Source of the DNA: Truepera sp.
GTDB taxonomy: Bacteria; Deinococcota; Deinococci; Deinococcales; Trueperaceae
Direction of reading: 5' to 3'
DNA: 64,000 nucleotides
NCBI GenBank assembly: GCA_965218435.1
Contig: CBDCKW010000009.1
Location: 3,552,001-3,616,000, forward strand
The translations under genes were made by a program, and so were the position numbers. Positions 29,043 through 39,280 of the stretch are shown in pieces. The notes under the pieces are model-generated. The model saw only the letters and a list, made by a program, of their open reading frames with translations, made no database searches and was not told the DNA's origin. The number at the start of each line of letters is the position of its first letter. Positions within the stretch are counted from its first letter, which is position 1.

Positions 29043-30161
29043 CTATGCATGAGCAGCCTCATGACCCGGTAAGAGAACGTCTAAATATTGCGGCAAAACA
29101 CGCGCTTCGGTAAAGTCGCACGCCCTGGTTTTGAGTGCGGGGTTCAGGGGCGCAGCTAACGTTGCCGAAATAGCCTCTGCCAGTGCCGGGGCGTCGCCTA
29201 CCGGCACCAACGGGGCCAGCCGACCCCCGTCTAAAATTTCTCTGGGACCGCTCGGACAGTCGGTGCTGACGACTTTGCAGCCGCACGCCATCGCCTGAAC
29301 GAGTGCGCCGGGGAGACCTTCAAATTTGGACGAAAGGACGAAGGTATCGGCGTGCGCCATGTAAGTAAACGGGTTGTCAACAAAACCGGGCAAGGCGACG
29401 GCGTGCTCAACGCCGAGTTCACGGGCGAGCGCCCCAAGTTTAGAACGCTGTTTGCCCTCGCCCAAAATCATCAGCCGCGCCGGACGCTCCTGAATGGCGG
29501 CGGCAAACGCTCTGACGAGCGTTGGAAAATCTTTTTGCGGTGCGAGCCGTCCGACGCCCAAAACGACGGGGGGTTCGCCGGGTGCGAACCACGGATGTAG
29601 GGGGGGTTGCTCTGCGCGTTCAAAAAGTTCAGGGGTCACAACCGGATTGTAAATCGTATGGATTTTTTTTAGATCGGTTTTCAGGTAACGCGCCAGATCG
29701 TCTGCGACGCCTTGGGAAACAGCGATGTGCGCGTCCGCCCACGGGTAAACGAGTTTGACCGACGTTTGTAATGACACCCCTCTAAAGCTCGAGGCCGGTT
29801 TGGGAAAAAGCATATTCGATTCGCGGATCACGGTGCGGGTCGGCACACGGGCGAGTTTACAAGCTAGCAGCGCAATCACGCTCGAGTGGTTGAGCGTTGC
29901 TAACAGTGCGGTGGGCCGAGCGCGGCGCAGGTAACGGACCAGCTTGGGCAAGCTGGCGCTGACACCCTTCGAGGCGAGGTCAACGATCTGGACGTCGGGC
30001 GCAACCAGTTCCAAGTAAGGCCCACGAGCTTCGGCCAGTACCAGATCGGTCTCAAACCCCCGCTCTACAAAACCGGCGGCCAAGTTGACCATCATACGCT
30101 CTGCGCCGCCGCCGTCGAGGTTAGGCAGGTAGAGTGACAAGGTGGGCTTACGTTTCGTCAT
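29043..30161 (-). CDS. GT4 glycosyltransferase
   Basis: GGGAER, VGRLAPQKDF, SSKFEGLPGALVQAMACG. Confidence 0.93.
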   Translation of the reverse strand: MTKRKPTLSLYLPNLDGGGAERMMVNLAAGFVERGFETDLVLAEARGPYLELVAPDVQIVDLASKGVSASLPKLVRYLRRARPTALLATLNHSSVIALLACKLARVPTRTVIRESNMLFPKPASSFRGVSLQTSVKLVYPWADAHIAVSQGVADDLARYLKTDLKKIHTIYNPVVTPELFERAEQPPLHPWFAPGEPPVVLGVGRLAPQKDFPTLVRAFAAAIQERPARLMILGEGKQRSKLGALARELGVEHAVALPGFVDNPFTYMAHADTFVLSSKFEGLPGALVQAMACGCKVVSTDCPSGPREILDGGRLAPLVPVGDAPALAEAISATLAAPLNPALKTRACDFTEARVLPQYLDVLLPGHEAAHA

Positions 30162-30257
30162 GGGCGCAACCCCAGCTGCAAATCCGGATACGCCCGACTC
30201 GAGGGGGCATACGAGAACAGAGCATATGGGGATAGGTGAGAGCTTACCATCAAGTCC

Positions 30258-31799
30258 TTAGCGGTACTGCAGTTTGTTCATCTGAACGCGTATAGGTTTG
30301 GGAAAATAGACGCTTACGGTTTTCAAAATCCAGAGGCCGTCCTCACCTAAAAAGAACTTCGGTAAGACCCAGATCAGTACAAGTAGCGTCATACCGACAA
30401 CGCCTACTGCGCCGACTAAAACAGCCAGGTCAGGCCAAGCGAGACTGCGGAACATATCTGCTACCAACCAGGTCTCTAAAGCTGTCACGCCGGTAAGGAC
30501 CAGAGCCGGGACGTGAACCATAAAAAAGGTTGACCATTTCATCTCTGTAACTTTAAGGCTAAGCTGCGCCATCGACAAAAAGTTAAGGGCGATGGCGACA
30601 CTTACCCCAACGGCAACCCCGATGATCCCCTGGTAATGACCGATCCAAGTACCTGCAATAATAAGTGCCGCAAAGATAAGCTGCCGCAAGGCCCTTTGAA
30701 AAACAATCCCCGACGAGCGGCAGAGTGAGTCGCCCATCTTGTAACTCGTTCTAAACAGCATGGCGAAGGCGAATATCTTAAACGGCACGATGATAGGGTC
30801 CCAATTTTGACGGCGACCTAAAAGTACGTGGATAAACTCGGGGGCAAGAAAGAACAAAAACGCGCTGAGCGGCATGACGACGAGCGCAATAGCAACGACG
30901 CCGCGGCGGTACACAGCGCCGAGCGTTTTAGGCTCATCTTGTTTTTTAGACATGGCGGTAAAAAGCACCGAGTCCAAAACTTGCCCGAAATACTGTGAGG
31001 GCAGCACCATCAGCTGATAAGCGCGGCCGTAAAGCCCGACGGCTCGACCGCCCAGGGTTGCGCCGACAATGAGGTTGTCCGAAGTGCTGGCAATTTTATT
31101 AAAAACCTCTCCCAAAGTAAGGCCGGAGCCGAACGAAAGCAGTTCGCCTAAGGCTTTTCTGTTGAGCTGAAAGCCTTTGGGATGAGGCGAGGCGCGTAAA
31201 AAAAGCGCACTGTAAACGATCGATTGGCTGACCGAAGCCCATACCAGAGCCCACGCCCCGAACCCAAGCAGCGCTGTAGCGACGCCGATAACGCCGTACC
31301 CAATGGCATAAGCCGTCACGCCAAAGCGCGCTTTGATACGAAAGTTAAGGTTGCGGTAGTTGAGCGCCCGGGCCACTGCGCCGATACCGTTGACGATAAA
31401 AAGAAACGACATCCCTCTGACGATTTCTAAAAGGCCCGGAACATCGGGGTAAAAGCTTGCAAAAAAGGGTGCGATCAGCCAGATGACGGCGGTTACCAGC
31501 ACGCTTAAGATCATCGTAAAGGTAAAACCGGAGCGGATGTGATTTTCGTCGATGGTTTTGCGCTGAATGAGTGAGGGTGCAATCCCAAACTGGTAAAAAA
31601 ACCCGGCAAAGATCACAATAATGTTGGCGATGTTGACAACCCCAAACTCCGCCGGAGCGAGTAGGCGCGACAAGACGGCCAGCACCAAAAATTGCAAGAC
31701 AGCACTGATTCCGGTACTGGCAAACGACCAGAAAAAGCCTACGAGTGTAAGGTGAGTCAGGCTCTTTTTCTCTGCCTTACGCGGTTTAGCTTCTGCCAC
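30258..31799 (-). CDS. Wzx/PST-type polysaccharide flippase
   Basis: RLLAPAEFG, FGAWALV, VGLYGRAY, many TM helices; GTG 31799 follows GGGAG (ORF track start 31811). Confidence 0.9.
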   Translation of the reverse strand: MAEAKPRKAEKKSLTHLTLVGFFWSFASTGISAVLQFLVLAVLSRLLAPAEFGVVNIANIIVIFAGFFYQFGIAPSLIQRKTIDENHIRSGFTFTMILSVLVTAVIWLIAPFFASFYPDVPGLLEIVRGMSFLFIVNGIGAVARALNYRNLNFRIKARFGVTAYAIGYGVIGVATALLGFGAWALVWASVSQSIVYSALFLRASPHPKGFQLNRKALGELLSFGSGLTLGEVFNKIASTSDNLIVGATLGGRAVGLYGRAYQLMVLPSQYFGQVLDSVLFTAMSKKQDEPKTLGAVYRRGVVAIALVVMPLSAFLFFLAPEFIHVLLGRRQNWDPIIVPFKIFAFAMLFRTSYKMGDSLCRSSGIVFQRALRQLIFAALIIAGTWIGHYQGIIGVAVGVSVAIALNFLSMAQLSLKVTEMKWSTFFMVHVPALVLTGVTALETWLVADMFRSLAWPDLAVLVGAVGVVGMTLLVLIWVLPKFFLGEDGLWILKTVSVYFPKPIRVQMNKLQYR

Positions 31800-31898
31800 A
31801 AAAACTCCCACTCAAAAGCCGAAAGAGGCTGACTCTTCGGCTAAAATAGTTCACCATAACAGCTCAGCCGCGCCTGTAGACTCAGCTGCGTCACAGAG

Positions 31899-32090
31899 TT
31901 AGTTGAGCTCACGGTCGAGCTGCAAATTGCGCGGTGGCTCGTCCTCATCCTCTAGATAAAGATAGTCGTCAATAGCCTCGAGCAAATCCCTAAGCCTCGG
32001 ATCGTCGACGAGCGCGTCACACAGCTCTAACTGCTCCTCTTCTGAAAGTGCAGCAAGCGCTTCGATAAGGTCGCCTACTGAAATTGCCAT
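31899..32090 (-). CDS. Small acidic hypothetical protein (63 aa)
   Basis: GAGGAG upstream of ATG; helical Leu/Asp/Glu-rich sequence. Confidence 0.6.
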   Translation of the reverse strand: MAISVGDLIEALAALSEEEQLELCDALVDDPRLRDLLEAIDDYLYLEDEDEPPRNLQLDRELN

Positions 32091-32491
32091 AACGTGTCGT
32101 CTCCTCAACCTTCTTAGTTCAGCATACCTCGGCCCACCGGGTCGGCGTCAGCCGAATTAGCTACAGTGACGCGTCTTGTGCCTGACTGCGGGGTTCCGGT
32201 ACCAAAGCGTAACGCGTGCCAAGCAGCTATAGACGGGCAAAACTGCTCAATAAACCTGTACGCGTTCTTCGTGGTCGTCAGCTGTGTAGAGACAGCTGAG
32301 GGTAGGGTAGCCGAGCTTGGAACAGCATAAAAGCCTGCCTTTATGCCATAGCGGTAGGTAACTTACCGATCTGAAATGTGCGGCTGCAGCGATATTTTGT
32401 GATCTTGCGCTCTATGATGGCCTATATGGTTGAAGTGAGCCGGACAGTTACTAATAGCTATAAAGCATCCACAGCTTAAGGAAGGTTTGAC

Positions 32492-33379
32492 ATGGCACGC
32501 TATAGGTCTCTTGGGTGGTTTGCCGGCAAAGCGCAGGCAAGGTTACACGAATTATATTACCGGTCGCCGGTATCGAAGTGGGTGACGTCCAGGCAAGCAC
32601 AGATTTACTGCGTCGGGACGGCCAAGTCCGGTACCCATTCGCTGGCCAGTTTGTTTAGTGACGAGCTACGCACCTTCCATGAAGCTGACTGGCAAGCGGT
32701 GATTAAGCTTATCTTAGCGTCTGCCGAGACGGGTGGAGAGCGTCGTGCGTTACGGCACCGTCTGCTCGAGCGTGACCGCCAGTTCGCGCTCGATATCGAC
32801 TCTTCTCAGCTTAACTATTTTTATCTGCCCGAACTGCTCGAGCTTTTTCCAAATAGCAAGTTCGTCCTGACGATCCGTGAGCCTCGTTCGTGGCTCGATT
32901 CGCTGATCAACCACCAGCTCGCCCGGGGCACGCCGCCCCCCGAGTGGCGACGGTTGCGCGACTTCCGCTTTGCCCGAGACGGTGCGGAACATCCACCCGA
33001 AGAAGCCGCGCTTAAAGCTAGAGGGCTCTACACCCTCGACGGCTACTTGTCGTACTGGCGGAGGCACAATCAAGACGTCATCAGGCTGGTACCCCCGGAA
33101 AAATTATTAGTTGTCCGTACCGACCAGATCAGCCAACGTGCCGACGATATCGCCCGCTTCGCCGGGCTACCGCAACGAGGTAAACCGGCCGGTAAAACAG
33201 CCGGTAAAGCGGCCGCTGACAAATCACATACGTTTAAGGCGCTCAAAAAGTTTGGCGTGCTCAGGGAACTCGAGCCGGAATATCTTGACGAAAAGATTCG
33301 TCAGCACTGCAGTGAACTCGTCAGCGAATTTTTCCCGGACGCTCTGCCGAGCCGCGCTTTAGCCGAAGCAAAAGTGTAA
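32492..33379 (+). CDS. PAPS-dependent sulfotransferase
   Basis: 5'-PSB loop VGTAKSGTHSL; 3'-PB motif LTIREPRSWLDS. Confidence 0.85.
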   Translation: MARYRSLGWFAGKAQARLHELYYRSPVSKWVTSRQAQIYCVGTAKSGTHSLASLFSDELRTFHEADWQAVIKLILASAETGGERRALRHRLLERDRQFALDIDSSQLNYFYLPELLELFPNSKFVLTIREPRSWLDSLINHQLARGTPPPEWRRLRDFRFARDGAEHPPEEAALKARGLYTLDGYLSYWRRHNQDVIRLVPPEKLLVVRTDQISQRADDIARFAGLPQRGKPAGKTAGKAAADKSHTFKALKKFGVLRELEPEYLDEKIRQHCSELVSEFFPDALPSRALAEAKV

Positions 33380-33449
33380 CCAAAACGTCAGGGAACAACG
33401 TCAGAAAATGACGCCTCGGCAGCTAGCGGTATAGCGGTATCGGGTCGGG

Positions 33450-34271
33450 CTAAGAGTTACGGCGAACCAGCACCCGAAATATAATAAATAAGCCGAGCGC
33501 CGCGACTGTTAGCACTCCAGCGAGGGCGAGCGCCGCGTCAAGGTCGCGCTCGAGCCCCGCATAGATCGCCAGCGGCAAAGTGCGTGTCCGGCCTTGCAAG
33601 CTTCCGGCAAAGACAATGGTCGCGCCGAACTCGCCTAAGGCTCGCGCCCAGGCCAACACCAGTCCTTCGGTAAACGCAGACCGTGCGAGCGGCCAGGTGA
33701 CGAACCAAAACGCCCCCCAGCGCCCTGCGCCGTCGGTTAAAGCGGCGGCCTCGAGCTCGCGTGACACCCCGGCAAAACCAACTTTAAGCGACCGAATATA
33801 AAACGGACTGGCGACAAACAGCTGCGCTAAAACGACCGCCGAGGTCGTAAACGCCAGATTAAGACCCAGCGCACTTAAGGGTGCGCCGATAAGCCCTCGC
33901 CGCCCAAAAACGAGTAAGAGACCCACCCCGGCGACGACCGGCGGCAATACCACCGGCAGGTCGATCAGGCCGTCGAGCAACCTTTTACCCCGGAAATGAT
34001 AGCGGGCGAGCAGGTAGGCAACGGGCGTCCCGAACAGCACTGTGAGACTCATGCTGATGCCGGTCGTAAGGAGGCTGAGGCGTAAGGCTTCGGCGGCGGC
34101 GGGCTCTAACAGGGTCCCTAGTGCCGTCGGCGCTGCGGCTCGGATGAGCAGCACCGCGACGGGTAGCCCCAAAAGCACCAACAGGACGGCGGCGGCGGCC
34201 AGCAGCAGGCGCGGAACTTGTCTCCCGGAAGCTGCCGGAAAATCCGAATGGTCTAAAGGGAGGGGTGTCAA
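33450..34271 (-). CDS. modB: Molybdate ABC transporter permease
   Basis: DLPVVLPPVVAG, WARALGEFGAT, TRTLPLAIY. Confidence 0.85.
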   Translation of the reverse strand: MTPLPLDHSDFPAASGRQVPRLLLAAAAVLLVLLGLPVAVLLIRAAAPTALGTLLEPAAAEALRLSLLTTGISMSLTVLFGTPVAYLLARYHFRGKRLLDGLIDLPVVLPPVVAGVGLLLVFGRRGLIGAPLSALGLNLAFTTSAVVLAQLFVASPFYIRSLKVGFAGVSRELEAAALTDGAGRWGAFWFVTWPLARSAFTEGLVLAWARALGEFGATIVFAGSLQGRTRTLPLAIYAGLERDLDAALALAGVLTVAALGLFIIFRVLVRRNS

Positions 34272-34486
34272 CGGCGCTAAACCCTAACCGTAGCTGCCGG
34301 ATTTAGAGTGGGCCACCGGGTCATCCTCTAGTTATACCGGACCTGGGCGGCTATACGAGCTCTGAACGTCCGTGTGTCCGAGTCTCTCGAGACCCTTCGC
34401 TGCTGCTGATCGGGGGTAAGCGTACCCAGCACTGTTCTGCGCTCGAGCCGTAGGTGGGTATGTCATACTTGGGTTTCGGAGGTGCC

Positions 34487-35695
34487 ATGCCGGGAGTTGC
34501 GATTATCGGGGCACAGTGGGGAGACGAAGGCAAAGGTAAAGTGGTTGACGCGCTCGCGCATGACGCGGATATTGTCGTGCGCTACTCGGGCGGCGCGAAC
34601 GCCGGTCATACCGTTGTCGTCGGCGGTGAGATTTTCAAGCTCCACCATCTGCCCTGCGGCGTTCTGCACGATAAGCCGGTCTCGGTGTTGGGCGGCGGTA
34701 TGGTCGTTGACCCGTGGTCGTTTCGGGAAGAGTTTGAAGCGTTCGCCGAGCGCCGCGATCCCGGCCAAGTTGTCGTCTCCGAAGAAGCGCACCTGGTGTT
34801 GCCGCATCATAAAAAAAACGATGAAGGCGGCGGGTTTGTCGGCACGACGGGGCGCGGCATCGGCCCCTGCTACTCGGATAAAGCGCGGCGTATCGGTTTG
34901 CGCTTTGGTGACCTGCACGACGAAACGGTTTTGCGCGAACGCCTGGGGCGACTGTTAGAGGCCAAACCCAACTCAACGGCGCGGGTCGGGTGGACCGGTG
35001 TAGACACGGCTTTTGACGCGCTCCGTGAGGTCCGCGAGTTTATCTTGCCGTTTGTAGGCGACGCCGGACATTTAGTGCGTGACGCGCTCCGTAAGGGCAA
35101 GCGAGTGATGTTTGAAGGCGGCCAGGGAACCATGCTCGACCTCGCCTACGGCACCTATCCGTTTGTCACGAGCAGCCACCCGACGACCGGCGGTATTTTA
35201 GTCGGGGCGGGTGTCAGCCACAAGGCCCTCAACAATGTTTACGGCGTCGTCAAAGCGTTTACCAGTCGCGTCGGGCACGGCCCTTTTATGACCGAACTAG
35301 ACGGTGAGATGGCCGACCGCTTGCGCGGCACCGGGTCAAACCAGTGGGACGAGTTCGGGACAACGACCGGGCGGGCGCGTCGCGTCGGTTGGCTCGACCT
35401 GGTACAGCTCAAGTACGCCTGTGATGTAAACGGATTTGACGGTTTGGTCGTCACCAAGCTCGATGTACTTTCAGGTTTGGACGCGGTTCAGGTTTGTACC
35501 GCCTATGAAGACGGTCAGCCCGTTTACGAAACGCTCCCCGGTTGGGGCGATTTGCAGGGGTTAGGCAGCCGTGACGCGCTTCCCCAAGAGGTTTTAGACT
35601 ATCTAAGCTGTATCGAACGGTTTACGGGCGTACCGGTGGCGATGTTTTCGACGAGTCCAAAGCGTGAAGACACTTACGGTGAGATCAGCTGGTAG
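34487..35695 (+). CDS. purA: Adenylosuccinate synthetase
   Basis: GAQWGDEGKGK, GGANAGHT, GTYPFVTSS, EFGTTTGRARR; GGAGG before ATG 34487. Confidence 0.98.
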   Translation: MPGVAIIGAQWGDEGKGKVVDALAHDADIVVRYSGGANAGHTVVVGGEIFKLHHLPCGVLHDKPVSVLGGGMVVDPWSFREEFEAFAERRDPGQVVVSEEAHLVLPHHKKNDEGGGFVGTTGRGIGPCYSDKARRIGLRFGDLHDETVLRERLGRLLEAKPNSTARVGWTGVDTAFDALREVREFILPFVGDAGHLVRDALRKGKRVMFEGGQGTMLDLAYGTYPFVTSSHPTTGGILVGAGVSHKALNNVYGVVKAFTSRVGHGPFMTELDGEMADRLRGTGSNQWDEFGTTTGRARRVGWLDLVQLKYACDVNGFDGLVVTKLDVLSGLDAVQVCTAYEDGQPVYETLPGWGDLQGLGSRDALPQEVLDYLSCIERFTGVPVAMFSTSPKREDTYGEISW

Positions 35696-35770
35696 TTCGT
35701 TTAGTCATGTCAGATAACCTTGGTACTTCGGGTCAGTTTAGCCTACTGACAGAGCGATGCTTAGTCCTTT

Positions 35771-36580
35771 GTGGCTACGGTGATGTCTGAGGATGTAACA
35801 ACCGCCTTTTCCGCTCTGAGTGGTCGGGGTGTACTCGAGGTGCAGCAGCTTCCTGGTGGCTCGGGCAGCCCTTCTTGGCGCGTCACGGCAGCGGACGGCG
35901 TATACGCTGCGCAGCTCTATAACGCTCCGCAGCCTGCCTACGGCCAAGCGCAGTTGCTACGCTACTTGGCCCAGCAGGGTTTTCCCGTTCCCGAAGTTGC
36001 CTTTGTCGGGACATACCAAGCGCACCACCTCTTGGCGCTCAGCTGGGTTCAGGGTCTGACGGTTGCCGAGGCGTTACGCGCCCAACCCGGGAGGGCGCAG
36101 CAACTCGGACAGATATTCGGTGAGGCTCACGCGCGACTTCACGCTGTTCCGGTCACGCCTGAGCTGCACGCAGTTCTGCGGCTGCTCGGCAGCCCGGAGC
36201 AACCCACGAGTACGCCGGTTTTGCTGCATCTCGACTACCATCCGCTCAATGTGCTCACGGATGGAACCGTGATAACCGGCGTGATTGACTGGGAAAATGT
36301 TCGGTTGGGTGACGCCCGTTACGACGCCGCGCGAAGTTTAAGCATTTTGTGTGCCGACCCGAACATAAGAGCTTTACCCACACTGTTTCGGCAGGGTGTG
36401 CGAACATTCCGGCGTAGTTATGTCAGAGGTTACCAAGATGTCATGGGAGAAGCGTCGCTGACGGCGCTAGCACCTTTCCTCTTGTGGTCGGGGCAGTTTA
36501 TGTTGAACGACCTTGGGGGACGCGCTACTCCGAAAGAGGCGAAGGACATCGAACGCTGGTCGGCGTGGTGGCTGCCCTGA
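35771..36580 (+). CDS. APH-family phosphotransferase
   Basis: LHLDYHPLNVL, VIDWEN. Confidence 0.85.
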   Translation: MATVMSEDVTTAFSALSGRGVLEVQQLPGGSGSPSWRVTAADGVYAAQLYNAPQPAYGQAQLLRYLAQQGFPVPEVAFVGTYQAHHLLALSWVQGLTVAEALRAQPGRAQQLGQIFGEAHARLHAVPVTPELHAVLRLLGSPEQPTSTPVLLHLDYHPLNVLTDGTVITGVIDWENVRLGDARYDAARSLSILCADPNIRALPTLFRQGVRTFRRSYVRGYQDVMGEASLTALAPFLLWSGQFMLNDLGGRATPKEAKDIERWSAWWLP

Positions 36581-36698
36581 GGCTAGTAGCCCGCCGCAAA
36601 TACACATTCAGACGATGTTGCTGCTGACGATAAACTCAAAGAAGTTATCACTAAGCCCGAAGCGGGAAGACACCTATGGCACGATCAGCTGATAGCAG

Positions 36699-38012
36699 TT
36701 AGGGTTTTAACGGCCCCGGCAAAGGGTACGCGAGCAGCCTCTTGCCAGCCTGGATGACGAGCGTATTGCCGACCACGTGAGTAGGGCTGAAGGCGTAGCT
36801 GCGGAGTGCAAGCTTTAGCACTACCTCACCCGTTTTCGTATTGACCGCGTAAAACGTTCCGTTTTTAAGGCCGATGTAAAGGCCATTTCCTATTATGTTC
36901 GCACGAGCCAGGGTTCCACGGCCCAACTCGAGCCCCTGCTTTAGCAGATTTACCGGCTGACATGGTTTCTGACGTTGTTTAACAAGCCACAAGGTATTTT
37001 GCCACTCGAGCAAGAACGTCCCGTTATGCGGCCCCGCCAACCACTGCACGTCTCCCTTGGGAACCCTGATAAAGTTCGGTTTCGCCTTACCACCCGGTGC
37101 AGCGAGCGGAAAACAAGCGACGTTGCCGCCACCGGAGATATAAACCGCGTCGGTTACGGCAACCTTACTGTTCCAGTCATTGCCTTTAACCCGATTTTTG
37201 ATGCTGTAGGTACGTTCCTCTAGGCGTTTTCCAGTACGCAAATTGTAGACGTTGAGCCCAAGAATGTCTGGATAATCAAGCCAAGTTACAAAATTATCTT
37301 GAACGAAAAAAACCTTGTTGCCTATAGTTGCCAAAGGGCCATAGGAAGATGCTACGGAAAGAAATTTTCCTGTTTTCGCGTCATAAATGTAGGTATCGGT
37401 AGTGGTAATTGCACCTGAACTTACCGACTGCACAAAGATACGGTCTCTAATAAAAGTCAACGACTTCTTGTTATAAGGTGACCCATTTGGCTGCAGAAAA
37501 GGTTCTTCGGTACGCCATAGCAGTCTGCCAGTGTTTAGGTTAAATGCTTGAATGTCGCCGCCTGGCTCGGCGAGATAAAACGTTTTTCCGGCAATTGTTA
37601 AACCAGTGTAAAGGCCCTCAAAACCAGCATAAATACCCTCTTTATGCCAGTGTACCCGGCCGGTTTGGGCCTCGAGCGCGACCACTTTCCCACCTTGTGT
37701 AATCGCCAGCAGCCAGCCTGAACTGTACCGAAGCTGCGCCCACTTGCCTATTTGATACGTCCAAAGTTGCTGCCCCGTAACGGCGTCTACCGCTTTAACC
37801 TGACCGCCCTGAAGATAAAAAACTCGTTTTTGATCGCTGACAACGCGGGGACCGAGGAAATCTTTTGGGGGTTCGTTTCGGCGAATCTCGAGCTGCCACA
37901 AAGGACGAACGTGTGAAACCTTTTGAGAGCTAGTTTGGGCTGACGCGTGGGAGACGCCAGCACACAGAGCCAGACACACGTAAACGAGAACGAAACGCCT
38001 AGATGGGCGCAT
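36699..38012 (-). CDS. Secreted PQQ-like beta-propeller repeat protein
   Basis: Signal peptide; repeated A.DA.TG..LW blades; lower GC core. Confidence 0.8.
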   Translation of the reverse strand: MRPSRRFVLVYVCLALCAGVSHASAQTSSQKVSHVRPLWQLEIRRNEPPKDFLGPRVVSDQKRVFYLQGGQVKAVDAVTGQQLWTYQIGKWAQLRYSSGWLLAITQGGKVVALEAQTGRVHWHKEGIYAGFEGLYTGLTIAGKTFYLAEPGGDIQAFNLNTGRLLWRTEEPFLQPNGSPYNKKSLTFIRDRIFVQSVSSGAITTTDTYIYDAKTGKFLSVASSYGPLATIGNKVFFVQDNFVTWLDYPDILGLNVYNLRTGKRLEERTYSIKNRVKGNDWNSKVAVTDAVYISGGGNVACFPLAAPGGKAKPNFIRVPKGDVQWLAGPHNGTFLLEWQNTLWLVKQRQKPCQPVNLLKQGLELGRGTLARANIIGNGLYIGLKNGTFYAVNTKTGEVVLKLALRSYAFSPTHVVGNTLVIQAGKRLLAYPLPGPLKP

Positions 38013-39280
38013 CAGTCAGCTTTAAAACCGGCGTAGGCGCGGTCTAACAGTTGAACGGTGTGGAGAACCGGCAGAGGCCGCCCCAGATTTCTAAGCTGTA
38101 ACGCGATTTGCGTCGTACAACCGATGTTGCCGCTGACGATAAGCTCCGCGCCGGTGTCCAGCAGGGTTTGCGCTTTACGCAAACCCAGCTCGCGGGCCAT
38201 CTCCGGGTGTTCCAAGTTGTACGTTCCTGCCGAACCACAGCAGAGGTCGGCGTCAACGGGCTCGAGCACCTCAACCCCCGGAACCTGTCTGAGGAGCGCC
38301 CTCGGTTCACTCGTGACTTTTTGGGCGTGCGCCAGGTGACACGCGTCGTGGTAGGCGATTTTTAGCGGTCCCGGTAGAGCTGGCGGTGCTGGAATTCCCA
38401 GTTCAGACAAAAATACACTGATATCTTTCGTCTTGCTCGAGAAAACCCTAGCCTTTTCCTCCTCCGGCTCACCTTTAAGCCACAGCGAATATTCGTGCAA
38501 ACCCGACCCACACCCGGCAGCATTGGTAATAATAGCGTCTACCTCATCCGGAAATGCTCTGAGATTATTTTTAGCAAATGCCTGCGCTTGTATTTTCACA
38601 CCTGTATGTGCTGCCAATGCCCCACAGCACGACTGCGCTTTGGGAATCACGACCTCGACGCCGTTACGCGCCAAAACCCGGAGTGTTGCCCAGTTGAGGT
38701 CGGGGTCTAGTACCTGTTGGGCGCAACCTGCGAGGAGGGCAACCCTGGCCCGCCTCTTTCCAACTGCCGGAAAAAACTCGGGCAGTGGCTGCGCTTTCGG
38801 GACGCGCTCCGGCAGCATTCCTAACATACTGCCCAGCTTCTTGGGTAACAGCGGACGAAGCGGTTTGACGACGCCTCCGGTTTGTGCGGCGGCGCGGAGG
38901 CGTGCCGGATAGGGCAACGTTTCGGTGACGAGACGGCGAAGGGCTTTTTCGGCGAGCGGGCGTTCGCGCTGCGTTTCGGTTTCCATCCGGAACGGGGTGA
39001 TAAGTTCACCGTATTCGACCCCTGAAGGGCAAGCTGTCACGCACGCTAAGCAGCCCAGACAGGCGTCTATGTAGGGCGTCGCCTCAGCGAGCGAAAGGTC
39101 GCCCTCCAAAACCTCTTTCATCAGGATGATGCGTCCGCGTGGGGAGTGCATCTCTTCACCGCTGACGACGTAGGTCGGGCAGGTCGGCAGACAAAAGCCG
39201 CAGTGGACGCAACTCTCGATTGCTTCGGCCATCGGCTCAGTGAGGGGCGGGCGCTCTTCTACCGGGATGTTATGCTGCAC
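38012..39280 (-). CDS. glcF: Glycolate oxidase iron-sulfur subunit
   Basis: [24 protein letters not shown], two CCG domains. Confidence 0.93.
   Translation of the reverse strand: MQHNIPVEERPPLTEPMAEAIESCVHCGFCLPTCPTYVVSGEEMHSPRGRIILMKEVLEGDLSLAEATPYIDACLGCLACVTACPSGVEYGELITPFRMETETQRERPLAEKALRRLVTETLPYPARLRAAAQTGGVVKPLRPLLPKKLGSMLGMLPERVPKAQPLPEFFPAVGKRRARVALLAGCAQQVLDPDLNWATLRVLARNGVEVVIPKAQSCCGALAAHTGVKIQAQAFAKNNLRAFPDEVDAIITNAAGCGSGLHEYSLWLKGEPEEEKARVFSSKTKDISVFLSELGIPAPPALPGPLKIAYHDACHLAHAQKVTSEPRALLRQVPGVEVLEPVDADLCCGSAGTYNLEHPEMARELGLRKAQTLLDTGAELIVSGNIGCTTQIALQLRNLGRPLPVLHTVQLLDRAYAGFKAD

Noticed and set aside
34330..34460. Moco or purine riboswitch between modB and purA
   Set aside because: Could not recognise the conserved aptamer elements by eye and both genes have promoter-like -10s right at their starts; an Rfam scan would settle it
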